In this document: piece after piece, positions 54,898 to 64,000 of the stretch
Layout: each line of letters starts with the position of its first letter
Position numbering within the stretch: the stretch's first letter is position 1
NCBI GenBank assembly: GCA_040878345.1
Contig: JBBDML010000022.1
Span: 21,130-85,129, forward strand
Direction: 5' to 3'
From: Acidimicrobiia bacterium
GTDB lineage: Bacteria > Actinomycetota > Acidimicrobiia > Spongiisociales > ZC4RG35
DNA length: 64,000 bases
Program-made: the position numbers and the translations under genes
Notes under the pieces: generated by a model
Seen by the model: the letters and a program-made list of their open reading frames with translations, nothing else
Told to the model about the DNA's origin: nothing
Database searches by the model: none

Positions 54898-56133
54898 CTA
54901 GGGGAACACCCCTCTGACCAGCTTGGCGTCCGCCACCCTCCTGATCCCCTTGATCAGCGCTGCCGTCCTCATGTCGACGTTCTCACTGATGGCGATGGAC
55001 TGCACATCGTCGAATGCACGGGTCATGATCTCCCTGAGACGGGCAACCACCTCGTTCTCGGTCCAGAAGTATTTCTGAACGTCCTGCACCCACTCGAAGT
55101 AGGAGACGGTGACCCCACCTGCGTTGGCGAGGATGTCGGGGACGATGACCACGCCACGCTCTCTCAGGAGGTCGTCGGCCTCGAGGGTCATGGGGTTGTT
55201 GGCGCCTTCGATGATCAGCCTCGCCTTGACCTCGTGGGCATTGTCCTTGTGGATGACCCCCTGGATCGCTGCCGGGACGAGTATGTCGACGTCGAGCCCG
55301 AAGACGGCGTTCCCATCGATGTGGTCGGCGTCCGGGTAGCCCTCGAGGACCCGGTTCTCCTCTACCCATTTCGCGGTGGCGGGCACATCCAGGCCATCGG
55401 GGTTGTACACCGCCCCGGAGATGTCGGAGACCGCCACCACCTTGAGCCCGGCCTGGTCGGCTGCGATGGCGGCGTATAGCCCGACATTGCCGAACCCGTG
55501 GATCGCCACGGTGGCCTCGACGGGGTTGAGGTCGGCCACCGCGGCGGCCTGAGGCACCAGGAACATGAGACCCCTGCCGGTGGCCTCACGGCGGGCCACG
55601 GTCCCCCCCAACGCAGGCGGCTTCCCTGTGACGACCGCGGGCACGGCGTGACCGACGTGCTGGGAATAGGTGTCCATCAGCCACGCCATGACCTGCTCGT
55701 TGGTCCCGAGGTCCGGTGCCGGGATGTCGGTCTCGGGGCCGATCACGTTGATGATCTCCATGGTGAATCGGCGAGTGACCCGCTGCAGCTCGGCCCGCGA
55801 CAGCTCCATTGGGTTGATACGAACACCCCCCTTGGCGCCGCCGAATGGCAGGCCGACGATGGAGCACTTCCAGGTCATCAGCATGGCCAGCGCGGAGACC
55901 TCGCCGAGATCGACGTCCGGGGCGTACCTGATGCCTCCCTTGGTGGGGCCCATCGTGGTCAGGTGCTGGACCCGGTAACCGAAGATGGTCTCCACCCTGT
56001 TGTAGTTGTCGCGGCGGAAGGGGAAACTGACCACCGTCGACTTCTGAGGGACCCGGAGTCGATCCGCGATGTTGGAGTCGAGACCGATCAGTTTGGCGAC
56101 CCGGTCGAACTGGCCGACCGCCTCGTGATACAT
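54898..56133 (-). CDS. gdhA: Glutamate dehydrogenase (Glu/Leu/Phe/Val dehydrogenase family)
   Basis: GPTKGGIRY, LPFGGAKGGVRINP, Rossmann GFGNVG. Start ATG 56133; GTG 56181 is possible. Confidence 0.9.
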   Translation of the reverse strand: MYHEAVGQFDRVAKLIGLDSNIADRLRVPQKSTVVSFPFRRDNYNRVETIFGYRVQHLTTMGPTKGGIRYAPDVDLGEVSALAMLMTWKCSIVGLPFGGAKGGVRINPMELSRAELQRVTRRFTMEIINVIGPETDIPAPDLGTNEQVMAWLMDTYSQHVGHAVPAVVTGKPPALGGTVARREATGRGLMFLVPQAAAVADLNPVEATVAIHGFGNVGLYAAIAADQAGLKVVAVSDISGAVYNPDGLDVPATAKWVEENRVLEGYPDADHIDGNAVFGLDVDILVPAAIQGVIHKDNAHEVKARLIIEGANNPMTLEADDLLRERGVVIVPDILANAGGVTVSYFEWVQDVQKYFWTENEVVARLREIMTRAFDDVQSIAISENVDMRTAALIKGIRRVADAKLVRGVFP

Positions 56134-56254
56134 CGGTGAGTCGTATTCGTTACCCGGCTGCAACCTGTCTCCCTTGGTCACCGGCCATCCTATTTGGTGG
56201 CGGGGCAGTCGTCGGGCAGGGAATCTGTCACACCCCGCCCATAGCCTGGGCACC

Positions 56255-56407
56255 ATGAGCAATCGAACACCACAACCTGAGCTCGAGAACGTCCCGGCCG
56301 CCGACACCGACCCTGAAGTATTTGCCGACCCGGTGAACTACTTGAGACGGTTCGGCATCGAGGCCGAGCTGGTCTGCCAGATCCTGGCTCTCGATCACGC
56401 TGCCTGA
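56255..56407 (+). CDS. Small hypothetical protein (50 aa)
   Basis: ATG 56255 inside track ORF 56174..56407. MSNRTPQPELENVPAADTDPEVFADPVNYLRRFGIEAELVCQILALDHAA. Non-repetitive composition, ends 16 nt before the helicase gene. No family recognised. Confidence 0.3.
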   Translation: MSNRTPQPELENVPAADTDPEVFADPVNYLRRFGIEAELVCQILALDHAA

Positions 56408-56423
56408 GACCTACGATCGACCG

Positions 56424-59375
56424 GTGACCATCAGGGAGTCGAGGATCGGCCTCGGCGACTGGCCCGCCGCCATAGAGCGAACCAATGGCTACCAGATCGT
56501 GGTGGCCGGTCCAGGGACCGGCAAGTCAGAGCTCTTGGTCAGGAGGGTCGCCCATCTCCTCGAGGCGGCGAAGGCCCGCCCCGGCGAGATCGTGGTGCTG
56601 TGCTTCTCGAGACGAGCCGCCGCCGCCTTGCGGCACCGGATCGGGCTGGCCGCGGGCAATCCCGGCGCCGGGGTCGACGCCACCACCTTCCACTCCCTTG
56701 CCCTCCGCCTCACCGAGAAGCTAGGGGTTGGACCGACACCGTCGCCACTGACCACACCGGAGCAGATCGGGTTCGTTGCCGCTGTCCTCGCCGACGAGCG
56801 CCCCGATGAGTGGCCCATGGTCTATCGGGAGATCCTGACCACCACCGCTTTCGCCGCCGAAGTCGCCGACTTCCTCATGAGATGCTCGGAAAGGCTGCTC
56901 AGCCCCGATGACCTGGCCTCACGGGCCGCCCAACGCGCCGATTGGCGGGGGCTGCCCGGTCTCTACAGGCGCTATCTCGATCGCCTCGGCCAGGCCCAAC
57001 GGACCGACTACGGGGTGCTCCTCGCCTCGACCGCCGCCCTCCTCCAGGGCGAGGTCGGCAAAGAGGTGTCGGCCGGCTACCGCTACGTGCTGGTCGACGA
57101 GTATCAGGACACCACTCCGGCCCAGGCCGAGATCGCCCGGCTGCTCGCCGGCGCCCATCACAACCTCACCGTCGCAGGCGATCCCTACCAGTCGATCTAC
57201 TCGTTTCGTGGGGCGGAGCTTCGCAACGTCGCCGAGTTCACACAGACTCATCCCGACGCAGAGCGCCTGATCCTCACCGAGAGTCTCCGCGTCCCCGCCG
57301 AGATCATGGCCGCCGCCCTTCGCGTCGTCTCCGGGGGCGACCTTCCCGGAGCCGCCGGTCCGGTGACACCGGCGCCCCACCCGGGCAGATGCGAGGCGTA
57401 TGTGTTCGACCAGGAGACAGGTGAGGCGGAGTGGATCGCCGGCCAGGTGGAGCAGGCGATGGTCATCGAAGGCACCAAACCGTCACAGATAGCGGTGCTG
57501 GTGCGGTCCAAGCGGGAGGCGCTCACCGAGCTCTCCCGGGCCCTGGACAGGAGAGGCATACCCCACGACCCACCGGAGAGCCGGCTGATCGACCACCCGG
57601 CCGTCCAATTGGTCCATGACCTGGTGATCCTGGTGGTGACCGGTGGATCGCTCCCGACGACAACTGCAGTGGAGGCGGCTGCTGCGGACCGAGCGATGCG
57701 ACGGGTGCTGCTCGGGCCACTGGTCGGGCTCGGGCTGGGCCGGGAGCGGAGCCTGCTGAGAGCGAGAAGACGCACCTGGGAGCCGTGGCATCAGGTGATC
57801 GCGGAGCGGCTTCCGGAGAACCCAGGCCTGGGAGCCTTGCTCCAGGAGCTCGACTGGGCCACCGTCCGGAGCGCCACGGACGGCTTTTGGCATCTATGGA
57901 CCACGCTCGATGGGCTGGAGGCAGTGGTCGCCGATGCGGGGCGCGGCGACTGGCGCCGGGCGTGGGCCGCCTTCGCCCAGAGCCTGGCGCGCCAGGCCGA
58001 GCGGGACCCCTCGATGACCTTGGCCCGTTACTTCGCCCTCACCGAGGAAGACGACTTCGAGGCCGAGCCGATGTTGACTCATCACCTGACAGCCGACCGG
58101 GTCACCCTGACCACCTTGCACCAGGCCAAGGGTCTCGAGTTCGAGTTGGTATTCATCGCCAATGCCTCAGAGGGTGTGTTCCCCGACCTCCGGCGTAGTC
58201 GTCGCATGCTCCGTCCCGAGCTGCTCTCCCCGGAGCGAACCACCGACCCCCATGCCATCCATCTGTTTCAGCTCCAGGAGGAGATGCGCCTGGCATACAC
58301 CGCAATGACCAGGGCCCGATCCAGGGTGGTGCTCACCGCCACCTCCGCCGGGATCGACCAGGGGGAGAGGAGACCATCCCGGTTCCTGGTGGCAGCCTCC
58401 GGAACGGGGCTCGATCAGCTGGGCCCGCCGGAGGAGAGCGACCGCGACCCGATCACCGTCAACGAGACGGAGATCGTGCTGAGACGCTTGCTCCTCGACC
58501 CGGCAGCCCCGGCACCCCGTCGTCTGGCTGCTGCATCCACCCTGTGCAGGCATGCTGACGGCCGATGGGAACCACACCGTTTCGCGGGGGTCGCGGCCCC
58601 GGGGCCGGACCGCCCCATCCTGGGAGAGACGATCCGTCTCTCGCCGAGCCAGGCCGAGTCATACCAATCTTGCCCCCGCCGCTATGCGCTGGAGCGCCGG
58701 CTGCGTCTCAGTGACGGCGACTCGCAGTACACCATGTTCGGTTCCCTGATCCATGACCTCCTGGAACGTGCGGAGAGGGAGGTGATCGGGACCGGGGCCA
58801 GACACGCCGAGCTGGGGAGGGCGCTCGAGCTCCTCGATGATGTCTGGGAGGGGGCCAGCTTTGGAACCCCTCAGCTGGATCAGGCGTGGAAGGCCAAGGC
58901 AGTGGAGCTGCTGGAACGGCTCTACCAGAACTGGCCGGGAGCCGGTCCCCCGGTGGCCGTCGAGCGTGAGGTGGCCACCAGGATCGAAGGTGTCGACTGG
59001 GTGGGCAAGATCGACCGGGTGGAACAGGCGGGCGACGGTGTCCGGGTAGTGGACTACAAGACGACCACCAGGCCCCTCACCTACCCCGACGCCGCTGTTT
59101 CGGTGCAGCTCGGCTTCTACGCCACCGCCCTCGCCACCGAGGGACGACCGGTGGTCGATGCCCAGTTCTGGTACCCGCGGGCTGACTCGAAGGCAGTCAC
59201 CACTCGTCCACTGGACATGTCGGCCCTCGACACCCTCGCCGACGAGATGAGACAGATCACCCACTCCATCCTCGCCGAGGACTGGGCTCCGCGGGTGGGG
59301 AGCCATTGCGACCGATGCGACTTCAGGGGGTCCTGTCCCGCCTGGCCCGAAGGAAGGGGGGCATATCTCCCATGA
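56424..59375 (+). CDS. adnA: UvrD/Rep-type helicase fused to a C-terminal PD-(D/E)XK nuclease, AdnA-like
   Basis: 983 aa. GPGTGKSE Walker A, VDEYQDT, TLHQAKGLEFE, VAMTRAR. The nuclease part has SCPRRYALE, VVDYKTT, CDRCDFRGSC. Confidence 0.8.
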   Translation: MTIRESRIGLGDWPAAIERTNGYQIVVAGPGTGKSELLVRRVAHLLEAAKARPGEIVVLCFSRRAAAALRHRIGLAAGNPGAGVDATTFHSLALRLTEKLGVGPTPSPLTTPEQIGFVAAVLADERPDEWPMVYREILTTTAFAAEVADFLMRCSERLLSPDDLASRAAQRADWRGLPGLYRRYLDRLGQAQRTDYGVLLASTAALLQGEVGKEVSAGYRYVLVDEYQDTTPAQAEIARLLAGAHHNLTVAGDPYQSIYSFRGAELRNVAEFTQTHPDAERLILTESLRVPAEIMAAALRVVSGGDLPGAAGPVTPAPHPGRCEAYVFDQETGEAEWIAGQVEQAMVIEGTKPSQIAVLVRSKREALTELSRALDRRGIPHDPPESRLIDHPAVQLVHDLVILVVTGGSLPTTTAVEAAAADRAMRRVLLGPLVGLGLGRERSLLRARRRTWEPWHQVIAERLPENPGLGALLQELDWATVRSATDGFWHLWTTLDGLEAVVADAGRGDWRRAWAAFAQSLARQAERDPSMTLARYFALTEEDDFEAEPMLTHHLTADRVTLTTLHQAKGLEFELVFIANASEGVFPDLRRSRRMLRPELLSPERTTDPHAIHLFQLQEEMRLAYTAMTRARSRVVLTATSAGIDQGERRPSRFLVAASGTGLDQLGPPEESDRDPITVNETEIVLRRLLLDPAAPAPRRLAAASTLCRHADGRWEPHRFAGVAAPGPDRPILGETIRLSPSQAESYQSCPRRYALERRLRLSDGDSQYTMFGSLIHDLLERAEREVIGTGARHAELGRALELLDDVWEGASFGTPQLDQAWKAKAVELLERLYQNWPGAGPPVAVEREVATRIEGVDWVGKIDRVEQAGDGVRVVDYKTTTRPLTYPDAAVSVQLGFYATALATEGRPVVDAQFWYPRADSKAVTTRPLDMSALDTLADEMRQITHSILAEDWAPRVGSHCDRCDFRGSCPAWPEGRGAYLP

Positions 59376-62300
59376 GCCAGATCGTCCCCACCGATGAGCA
59401 GCAGGCGATCCTCGACCTCGGCCTCACCACGATCAAGGTGAGGGCAGGGGCGGGGACCGGCAAGACCACAACGGTGGCGATGGTCATCGCCAACCTGATC
59501 GCCACCCACGGGGTCGAGCCGGAGCAGGTGCTGGGGATCACGTTCACCAACAAGGCCGCCTCCGAGCTCGCCGATCGGGTTCGTGCCATGGTCGGGTCCG
59601 ACGAGCCGGGGCGACAGGCCGAGGTCCACACCTACCACGGGTTCGCCGCCCAGATCCTGGCCGAGCTCGGGGCGTTGGCGGGGGTCGACAACCGGGCCAA
59701 GGTGATCACCCCGACCTTTGCCAGGCAGCTGATGAGCGAGACCTTCCATCACCGCTCCTATCAGTACCTCGACATCACCCAGAGCCGCACCCTCGACCAG
59801 ATCAGGAGACTCGGGGAACGGCTCGGCGATCACCTGCTGACCCCCCAGGACATCCTCGACCTGCCGGTTGCCGATGACATCGAAAGGGCCCGGCACGAGA
59901 TGGCTCAAACCCTGGTCCAATACCAGGAGGACAAGCGACGGCTCAAGGTTGTCGACTATTCCGACCTGGTCACACTCTCCACCCGGATCGTCACCGAGAA
60001 CCCCGATCTGGCCCGGGCCATCCGCGATCGATATCGGGTGGTGGTCCTCGATGAGTACCAGGACACCAACCCGGCACAACGTGGACTGCTACTCGCCATC
60101 TTCGGTGACGGGTTCCCGGTGATCGCAGTGGGAGACGAGGACCAGACCATCTACGAGTGGCGCGGGGCGTCGGCCGAGAACTTCGAGCTATTCGCCGATC
60201 ACTTCCGGCGACCCGACGGTGGGCCGGCCCATCTCAAGGGGCTCCGGCTCAACCGGCGCTCGACCCAGCGCATCCTCGAAGTCGCCAACCAGGTTCGAGC
60301 CCGGGCAGGTGTAGATCCCGAGCCACTGATCTCGGCCAGGCCCGACGACGACGACAGCGAGGTCGTCACCCACTGGGCGGCCGACGCCCTCGAGGAGGCG
60401 GAGTGGATCGCGGCCAGGTTCGAGGGGCTCCACGACCAGGGCGTGCCATGGAGGGAGATGGCGGTGCTGTTCAGGAAGAACAAGGACTTCGCGGTCATGG
60501 TCGACGTCCTGGGTCGCCATGAGATACCGCTGGAGGTCGCCAACATCGGGGGTCTCCTCTCCGTCCCGGAAGTGGCCGATCTCAGGGCATGGCTCACCAT
60601 CCTCGAGCGCCCCGAGGACTCGACGGCTCTGACCCACATCCTTTTCGGGAGTCGCTACCGCCTCGGGCTCGCCGACCTGGCCCCCCTGGTCGGGCTGGCC
60701 GGCGCCGAGAACCGCGGGGACGACGACGACGAGGAGCCCACCCCGGTGACATTGATCGAAGTGATCGAGAGCCTCGACGAGCTCCCGAGCCTCCGAGGGG
60801 AGGCCCGCCTGGCCCTCGACGGATTCCTCGATGCGTATCGCCGGGTTCTCCTCGAGAGCCAGGGGCTGGCACTGGTCGACGTTTGCAGGTTGATCCTCGA
60901 CCAGACCGGGGCCTGGCGGGATATCGAGGCACTGCCCGTCAACCGGCGCCTCACCGCCCGTCTCAACCTCTATCGGCTCCTCGACCTGACCGAGGACTGG
61001 AGCCCGCTCAAGGGGCGGCCCTCGATCCAGGCCTTCCTGGAGTACCTGGACGCGATGGAGGATGAGCCGGCCGAGGAGCTCGATTCGGCAAGGCTGTCGG
61101 GGGAGAACGCGGTCACACTGGTCACCGTCCATCGGGCCAAGGGGCTGGAGTGGGAGAACGTGGCGGTTCCGGCGGTCACCAAAGCCGGCTTCCCCTCCGG
61201 TCAGGGGACGTTCCCCAACCCGGCGTCGGTGGCCGATCAGGTCCCGGTGGGCTTGAGGATCGACACTGTGCTCGACCAGCTCCCCGGTGACCTGGAACGG
61301 GCCAAGGACTTCCTCCGTGAGCGCCACCTCAGGCAAGAGTGGCGGGTGGCCTATGTCGCCATCACCAGGGCCAAGCGGCGTCTCTTTCTGTCCGGCGCCC
61401 ATTGGTACGGTCACCCCGAGGCCAACAAGAGACCCAAAGAGCCCTCCGACCTCTGGCTCCTGGTCGACGGTCTCGAGGTCTCCACCAACGCCGGTGTGGC
61501 GGCCGTCGGCGATCGGCCCGATGTGTTGAGGCTTCGCCACGAGGATCCGACACCCGACCCCCTGTTCCCGGACGGTTGGGACGGGGCCCTGCGGCGTGCG
61601 CTCGACGACCCCGACACCATCTCGGCACTGGCACGCCAACTGGGTCTCGAGCAGGAGCACCGGGTGCTGGCGGACGAGATGGAGATTCGTCTCTTCTCAT
61701 TGGCCGACCCCGCCAAGCCATCCTCGGGGCCCGATGCCGACACCGTCTCGGTGACAGGACTGGTCACCTACGCCCAGTGCCCCAAGCAGTTCTATTGGAG
61801 CGCGGTCGACCCTCTTCCCCGCCGTCGCAACCTGGCTGCGGTGATGGGCACCGCGGTGCACCGGCGAATCGAGCTCCACCAAAGAGGCCAGGTCCCATTG
61901 GATCTGGTCGATGTCGAGCTCTACGACGTCATCGACACGGATGCAGACGGCGGCGGGGCCGGTGCCTTCGCCAGCTACATGGCCTCGAGATTCGCCGACG
62001 CCAGGGCGATCATGGTCGAGACGCCCTTCACCATCGGGTTGGCATCTGGGATCCGGGTCAACGGGAGGATCGACGCCATATACGAGGATCATGGTCGGTG
62101 GGAGGTGGTCGACTTCAAGAGTGGACGCCGCAACAACGACCCCTCGCGTATCGTCCAGCTCCAGGCATATGCCGTGGCCGTCAACGACTTCGACTTCGGG
62201 TTCCCCAAGCCAGAGGAGGTCACCGTGACATTTGCCTATCTCGGTGGTGGTGGTGGTGACGAGGTGTCCCACGTCGCCAACGGCCCCTGGCTCGATGACG

Positions 62301-62428
62301 CCCGCCACTCGCTCGAGTCTCTGGCGACGGGTATTGGCGGCAAGCAATTCACAGAGCGCACCGGCGAGTGGTGCAGAGGCTGTGACTTCCTGCGGTTCTG
62401 CGGGCCGGGACGGGAACGAGTGGGATGA
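59372..62428 (+). CDS. adnB: UvrD/Rep-type helicase-nuclease, AdnB-like
   Basis: ATG 59372 overlaps the adnA stop (ATGA). GAGTGKTTT, FTNKAASEL, LDEYQDTNP, VGDEDQTIYEWRGA, TVHRAKGLEWE, YVAITRAK. The nuclease part has QCPKQFYW, VVDFKSG, CRGCDFLRFC. Confidence 0.85.
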   Translation: MSQIVPTDEQQAILDLGLTTIKVRAGAGTGKTTTVAMVIANLIATHGVEPEQVLGITFTNKAASELADRVRAMVGSDEPGRQAEVHTYHGFAAQILAELGALAGVDNRAKVITPTFARQLMSETFHHRSYQYLDITQSRTLDQIRRLGERLGDHLLTPQDILDLPVADDIERARHEMAQTLVQYQEDKRRLKVVDYSDLVTLSTRIVTENPDLARAIRDRYRVVVLDEYQDTNPAQRGLLLAIFGDGFPVIAVGDEDQTIYEWRGASAENFELFADHFRRPDGGPAHLKGLRLNRRSTQRILEVANQVRARAGVDPEPLISARPDDDDSEVVTHWAADALEEAEWIAARFEGLHDQGVPWREMAVLFRKNKDFAVMVDVLGRHEIPLEVANIGGLLSVPEVADLRAWLTILERPEDSTALTHILFGSRYRLGLADLAPLVGLAGAENRGDDDDEEPTPVTLIEVIESLDELPSLRGEARLALDGFLDAYRRVLLESQGLALVDVCRLILDQTGAWRDIEALPVNRRLTARLNLYRLLDLTEDWSPLKGRPSIQAFLEYLDAMEDEPAEELDSARLSGENAVTLVTVHRAKGLEWENVAVPAVTKAGFPSGQGTFPNPASVADQVPVGLRIDTVLDQLPGDLERAKDFLRERHLRQEWRVAYVAITRAKRRLFLSGAHWYGHPEANKRPKEPSDLWLLVDGLEVSTNAGVAAVGDRPDVLRLRHEDPTPDPLFPDGWDGALRRALDDPDTISALARQLGLEQEHRVLADEMEIRLFSLADPAKPSSGPDADTVSVTGLVTYAQCPKQFYWSAVDPLPRRRNLAAVMGTAVHRRIELHQRGQVPLDLVDVELYDVIDTDADGGGAGAFASYMASRFADARAIMVETPFTIGLASGIRVNGRIDAIYEDHGRWEVVDFKSGRRNNDPSRIVQLQAYAVAVNDFDFGFPKPEEVTVTFAYLGGGGGDEVSHVANGPWLDDARHSLESLATGIGGKQFTERTGEWCRGCDFLRFCGPGRERVG

Positions 62429-63021
62429 CGGTCTTGACCATTGCCATCGGGTACCTGCTCGGTGCCCTCCCCACCGCTGGATGGTTGGGGAAGTCGTTGA
62501 AGGGCGTCGACCTACGCAGTGTGGGATCGGGCAATCCCGGCGCCAACAACGCCCTCCAGACCGGGGGCGCCGGACTGGCGGCGGCGGTGCTGGTGGTGGA
62601 GATGGCCAAGGGCGCCGCCGCAGTGCTCATCGGTGAGAGACTGGGTGGAGAGGCCGCGGCGGTCGCTGCCGGCCTGGGGGCCGTAGCGGGCAATCTCTAC
62701 AACGTCTTCTACCGGTTCAAGGGGGGCAAGGGCCTGGGGATAACCGCCGGCATTCTCGGCACTGCCTGGCCGACGGCCCTGGTCCCCTGCATCCTGGTAA
62801 TAACCTTGGGAGCCCGACTCACCAGGTCTTCGGGAGCCGCCGCCATCATCGCCATCGTCGCCCTGGTCGCGATGGGGGTCACCTGGATGGCCTTCGATCT
62901 CCCGGTTGGCTGGGGGCTGAGCCGACCTGGGCTCTTGTTGCTGCTGGCATTGGGCGTCGGGGTGCTGATCTGGCCCAAACATTGGGCGGTGGCCAGATTC
63001 ACACGATCGAGCCCTGCCTGA
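62425..63021 (+). CDS. plsY: Glycerol-3-phosphate acyltransferase PlsY
   Basis: 198 aa. YLLGALPTAGWLGK, GSGNPGANNA, FKGGKGL. Confidence 0.9.
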   Translation: MTVLTIAIGYLLGALPTAGWLGKSLKGVDLRSVGSGNPGANNALQTGGAGLAAAVLVVEMAKGAAAVLIGERLGGEAAAVAAGLGAVAGNLYNVFYRFKGGKGLGITAGILGTAWPTALVPCILVITLGARLTRSSGAAAIIAIVALVAMGVTWMAFDLPVGWGLSRPGLLLLLALGVGVLIWPKHWAVARFTRSSPA

Positions 63022-63454
63022 CCTCGATGACCAGAGTCACCGGGCCATCGTTGACCAGCCCGACCTCCATGTGGGCACCGAACCGGCCCTGGGAGGCAGA
63101 GACACCCCGCTTGCGGAGCCCGTCCACCATCTCGTCGATCAGGGGGGCGGCCAACTCGGGTGGGGCTGCCCCGGTGAATGAGGGGCGACGACCCCTTCGA
63201 AGATCGCCGAGCAAGGTGAACTGACTTACGACCAGCACCTCGCCACCCGCCTCGGCGAGCGACAGGTTCATCTTCTGAGCCTCGTCGGGGAACACCCTCA
63301 GCCCAACGATCTTCTCGACCACCGCGGACACGTCCTCGGACCCGTCGCCCACCGCCACGCCCACCAATAGGCACAGACCTGGGCCGATGGCCGCCACCAT
63401 CTCGCCGTCGACGCTCACCGAGGCATTCGACACCCGTTGCACCACCACACGCAT
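62999..63454 (-). CDS. dtd: D-aminoacyl-tRNA deacylase
   Basis: MRVVVQRV...LCLLVGV...VSQFTLLGD..RGRRPSF...GAHMEVGLVNDGPVT. The ATG at 63454 was chosen inside the longer track ORF. Confidence 0.9.
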   Translation of the reverse strand: MRVVVQRVSNASVSVDGEMVAAIGPGLCLLVGVAVGDGSEDVSAVVEKIVGLRVFPDEAQKMNLSLAEAGGEVLVVSQFTLLGDLRRGRRPSFTGAAPPELAAPLIDEMVDGLRKRGVSASQGRFGAHMEVGLVNDGPVTLVIEVRQGSIV

Positions 63455-63489
63455 CGAAGCCGATTCTGCCAGCCCAATAGAGTGACCGG

Positions 63490-64000
63490 ATGGCGCGTCC
63501 CCCCTCCCCTGAGGCCCCATCCTTGACCTCGCCGGACGGCAAGACTGCGGTTTTCCTCCTCGACGCCGCCTCCGACCTCGAGCAGCGACATCTGGAGAGA
63601 TGGATGAGCAGGGCCACCGGGCGACGGGTGGAGACCTTGAGGATTGCCTCGGCACGGAGACGCGGCGGCCCTGATCGCAGCCTCGCGCTGGAGGCCCGTC
63701 TGAGGCGTGGAGACGATCCCTTCCTGATCGCGGCCCGGGTGGTGTGGATCCCCCCGGAGCGGGAGGGCCGAAGGTCTGTGGGTTGGTCGGATGTGTTCAA
63801 GCCCGGTGACCCCCGCGATCCGAGAGGCCTCCGCGCCCACTGGATCCGAGCGGTGCACCCGGACCGGGTCGTCCCCGTGGCCGGTCAGGGCGCCGCGCTT
63901 GGCGAGCTGATCGAGGCGCATCGGGAGGCCGACGAAGTGGACGGGCTCGCCCAATTCGTGACGAGGAGGGCGTGGAGGTCCCTCGACCAGGCCGAGCGCA
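63490..64000 (+). CDS. Probable glycerol-3-phosphate acyltransferase PlsB-like protein, N-terminal fragment (runs off the window)
   Basis: Open frame from ATG 63490 with no stop before the edge. VFLLDAASDLEQRHLERWM ... PFLIAARVVWIPPE resembles the N-terminal region of actinobacterial PlsB-type acyltransferases. The catalytic HxxxxD lies outside the window. Confidence 0.5.
   Translation, partial: MARPPSPEAPSLTSPDGKTAVFLLDAASDLEQRHLERWMSRATGRRVETLRIASARRRGGPDRSLALEARLRRGDDPFLIAARVVWIPPEREGRRSVGWSDVFKPGDPRDPRGLRAHWIRAVHPDRVVPVAGQGAALGELIEAHREADEVDGLAQFVTRRAWRSLDQAER

Overview
High-G+C, very tightly packed bacterial chromosome segment. Many genes overlap by 1-4 nt (ATGA, GTGA, TGATG junctions). 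Gene order matches the actinobacterial housekeeping backbone known from the Mycobacterium tuberculosis Rv2890c-Rv2975 region, read here on the minus strand: dprA-comM ... yraN-DUF2469-lepB-rplS-trmD ... rimM-KH-rpsP-ffh ... ftsY-smc ... mutM ... rnc-plsX-rpmF-yceD ... coaD-rsmD-recG, with rpmB divergent. I infer an actinobacterium, possibly Acidimicrobiia-like, but this was not tested. Accessory blocks are inserted into the backbone. (1) An ABC exporter, enoyl-CoA hydratase and membrane protein lie between yraN and comM. (2) A thiolase, lipoprotein and small DUF1059-like ORF lie between trmD and rimM. (3) A complete form-I aerobic Mo-Cu CO dehydrogenase cluster, coxD-coxE-coxM-coxS-coxL plus three XdhC-type maturation ORFs, carries the AYRCSFR signature in CoxL. 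(4) Also present are upp, an ATL-like protein, deoA, etfBA, cdd, and ddl with a membrane-anchored MurF-like ligase. (5) Further genes are an orphan GAF histidine kinase, a sulfite-oxidase-like/FNR/Cys-rich triad, fabI, an acyl-CoA synthetase and two tandem PH-SHOCT membrane proteins. (6) The right end holds a stand-alone Cas4-like nuclease, gdh, an AdnA/AdnB-like helicase-nuclease pair, plsY, dtd and the start of a PlsB-like gene. I found no rRNA, tRNA, CRISPR array, transposase, integrase or recognisable defence system. The most unusual feature is the 830-bp divergent gap at 53186-54015, by far the largest non-coding stretch in the window. It is filled with UUCG/GNRA-capped hairpins that fold best on the minus strand. 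It is organised as two tandem modules that share a 57-nt terminator-like hairpin and A-rich CGCGAAAAAC boxes. I propose a pair of unassigned structured RNAs or a MITE-like element; this needs an Rfam scan, comparative analysis and transcript data. Other points worth a second look: four AACCCNGGGTT palindromes at 35-36 bp spacing upstream of yceD; two genes (yraN, lepB) that seem to need CTG starts embedded in CTGA stop-start overlaps; an XdhC-YHS fusion in the CO dehydrogenase cluster; and a 24-nt direct repeat containing the comM start codon that brackets a one-gene insertion.
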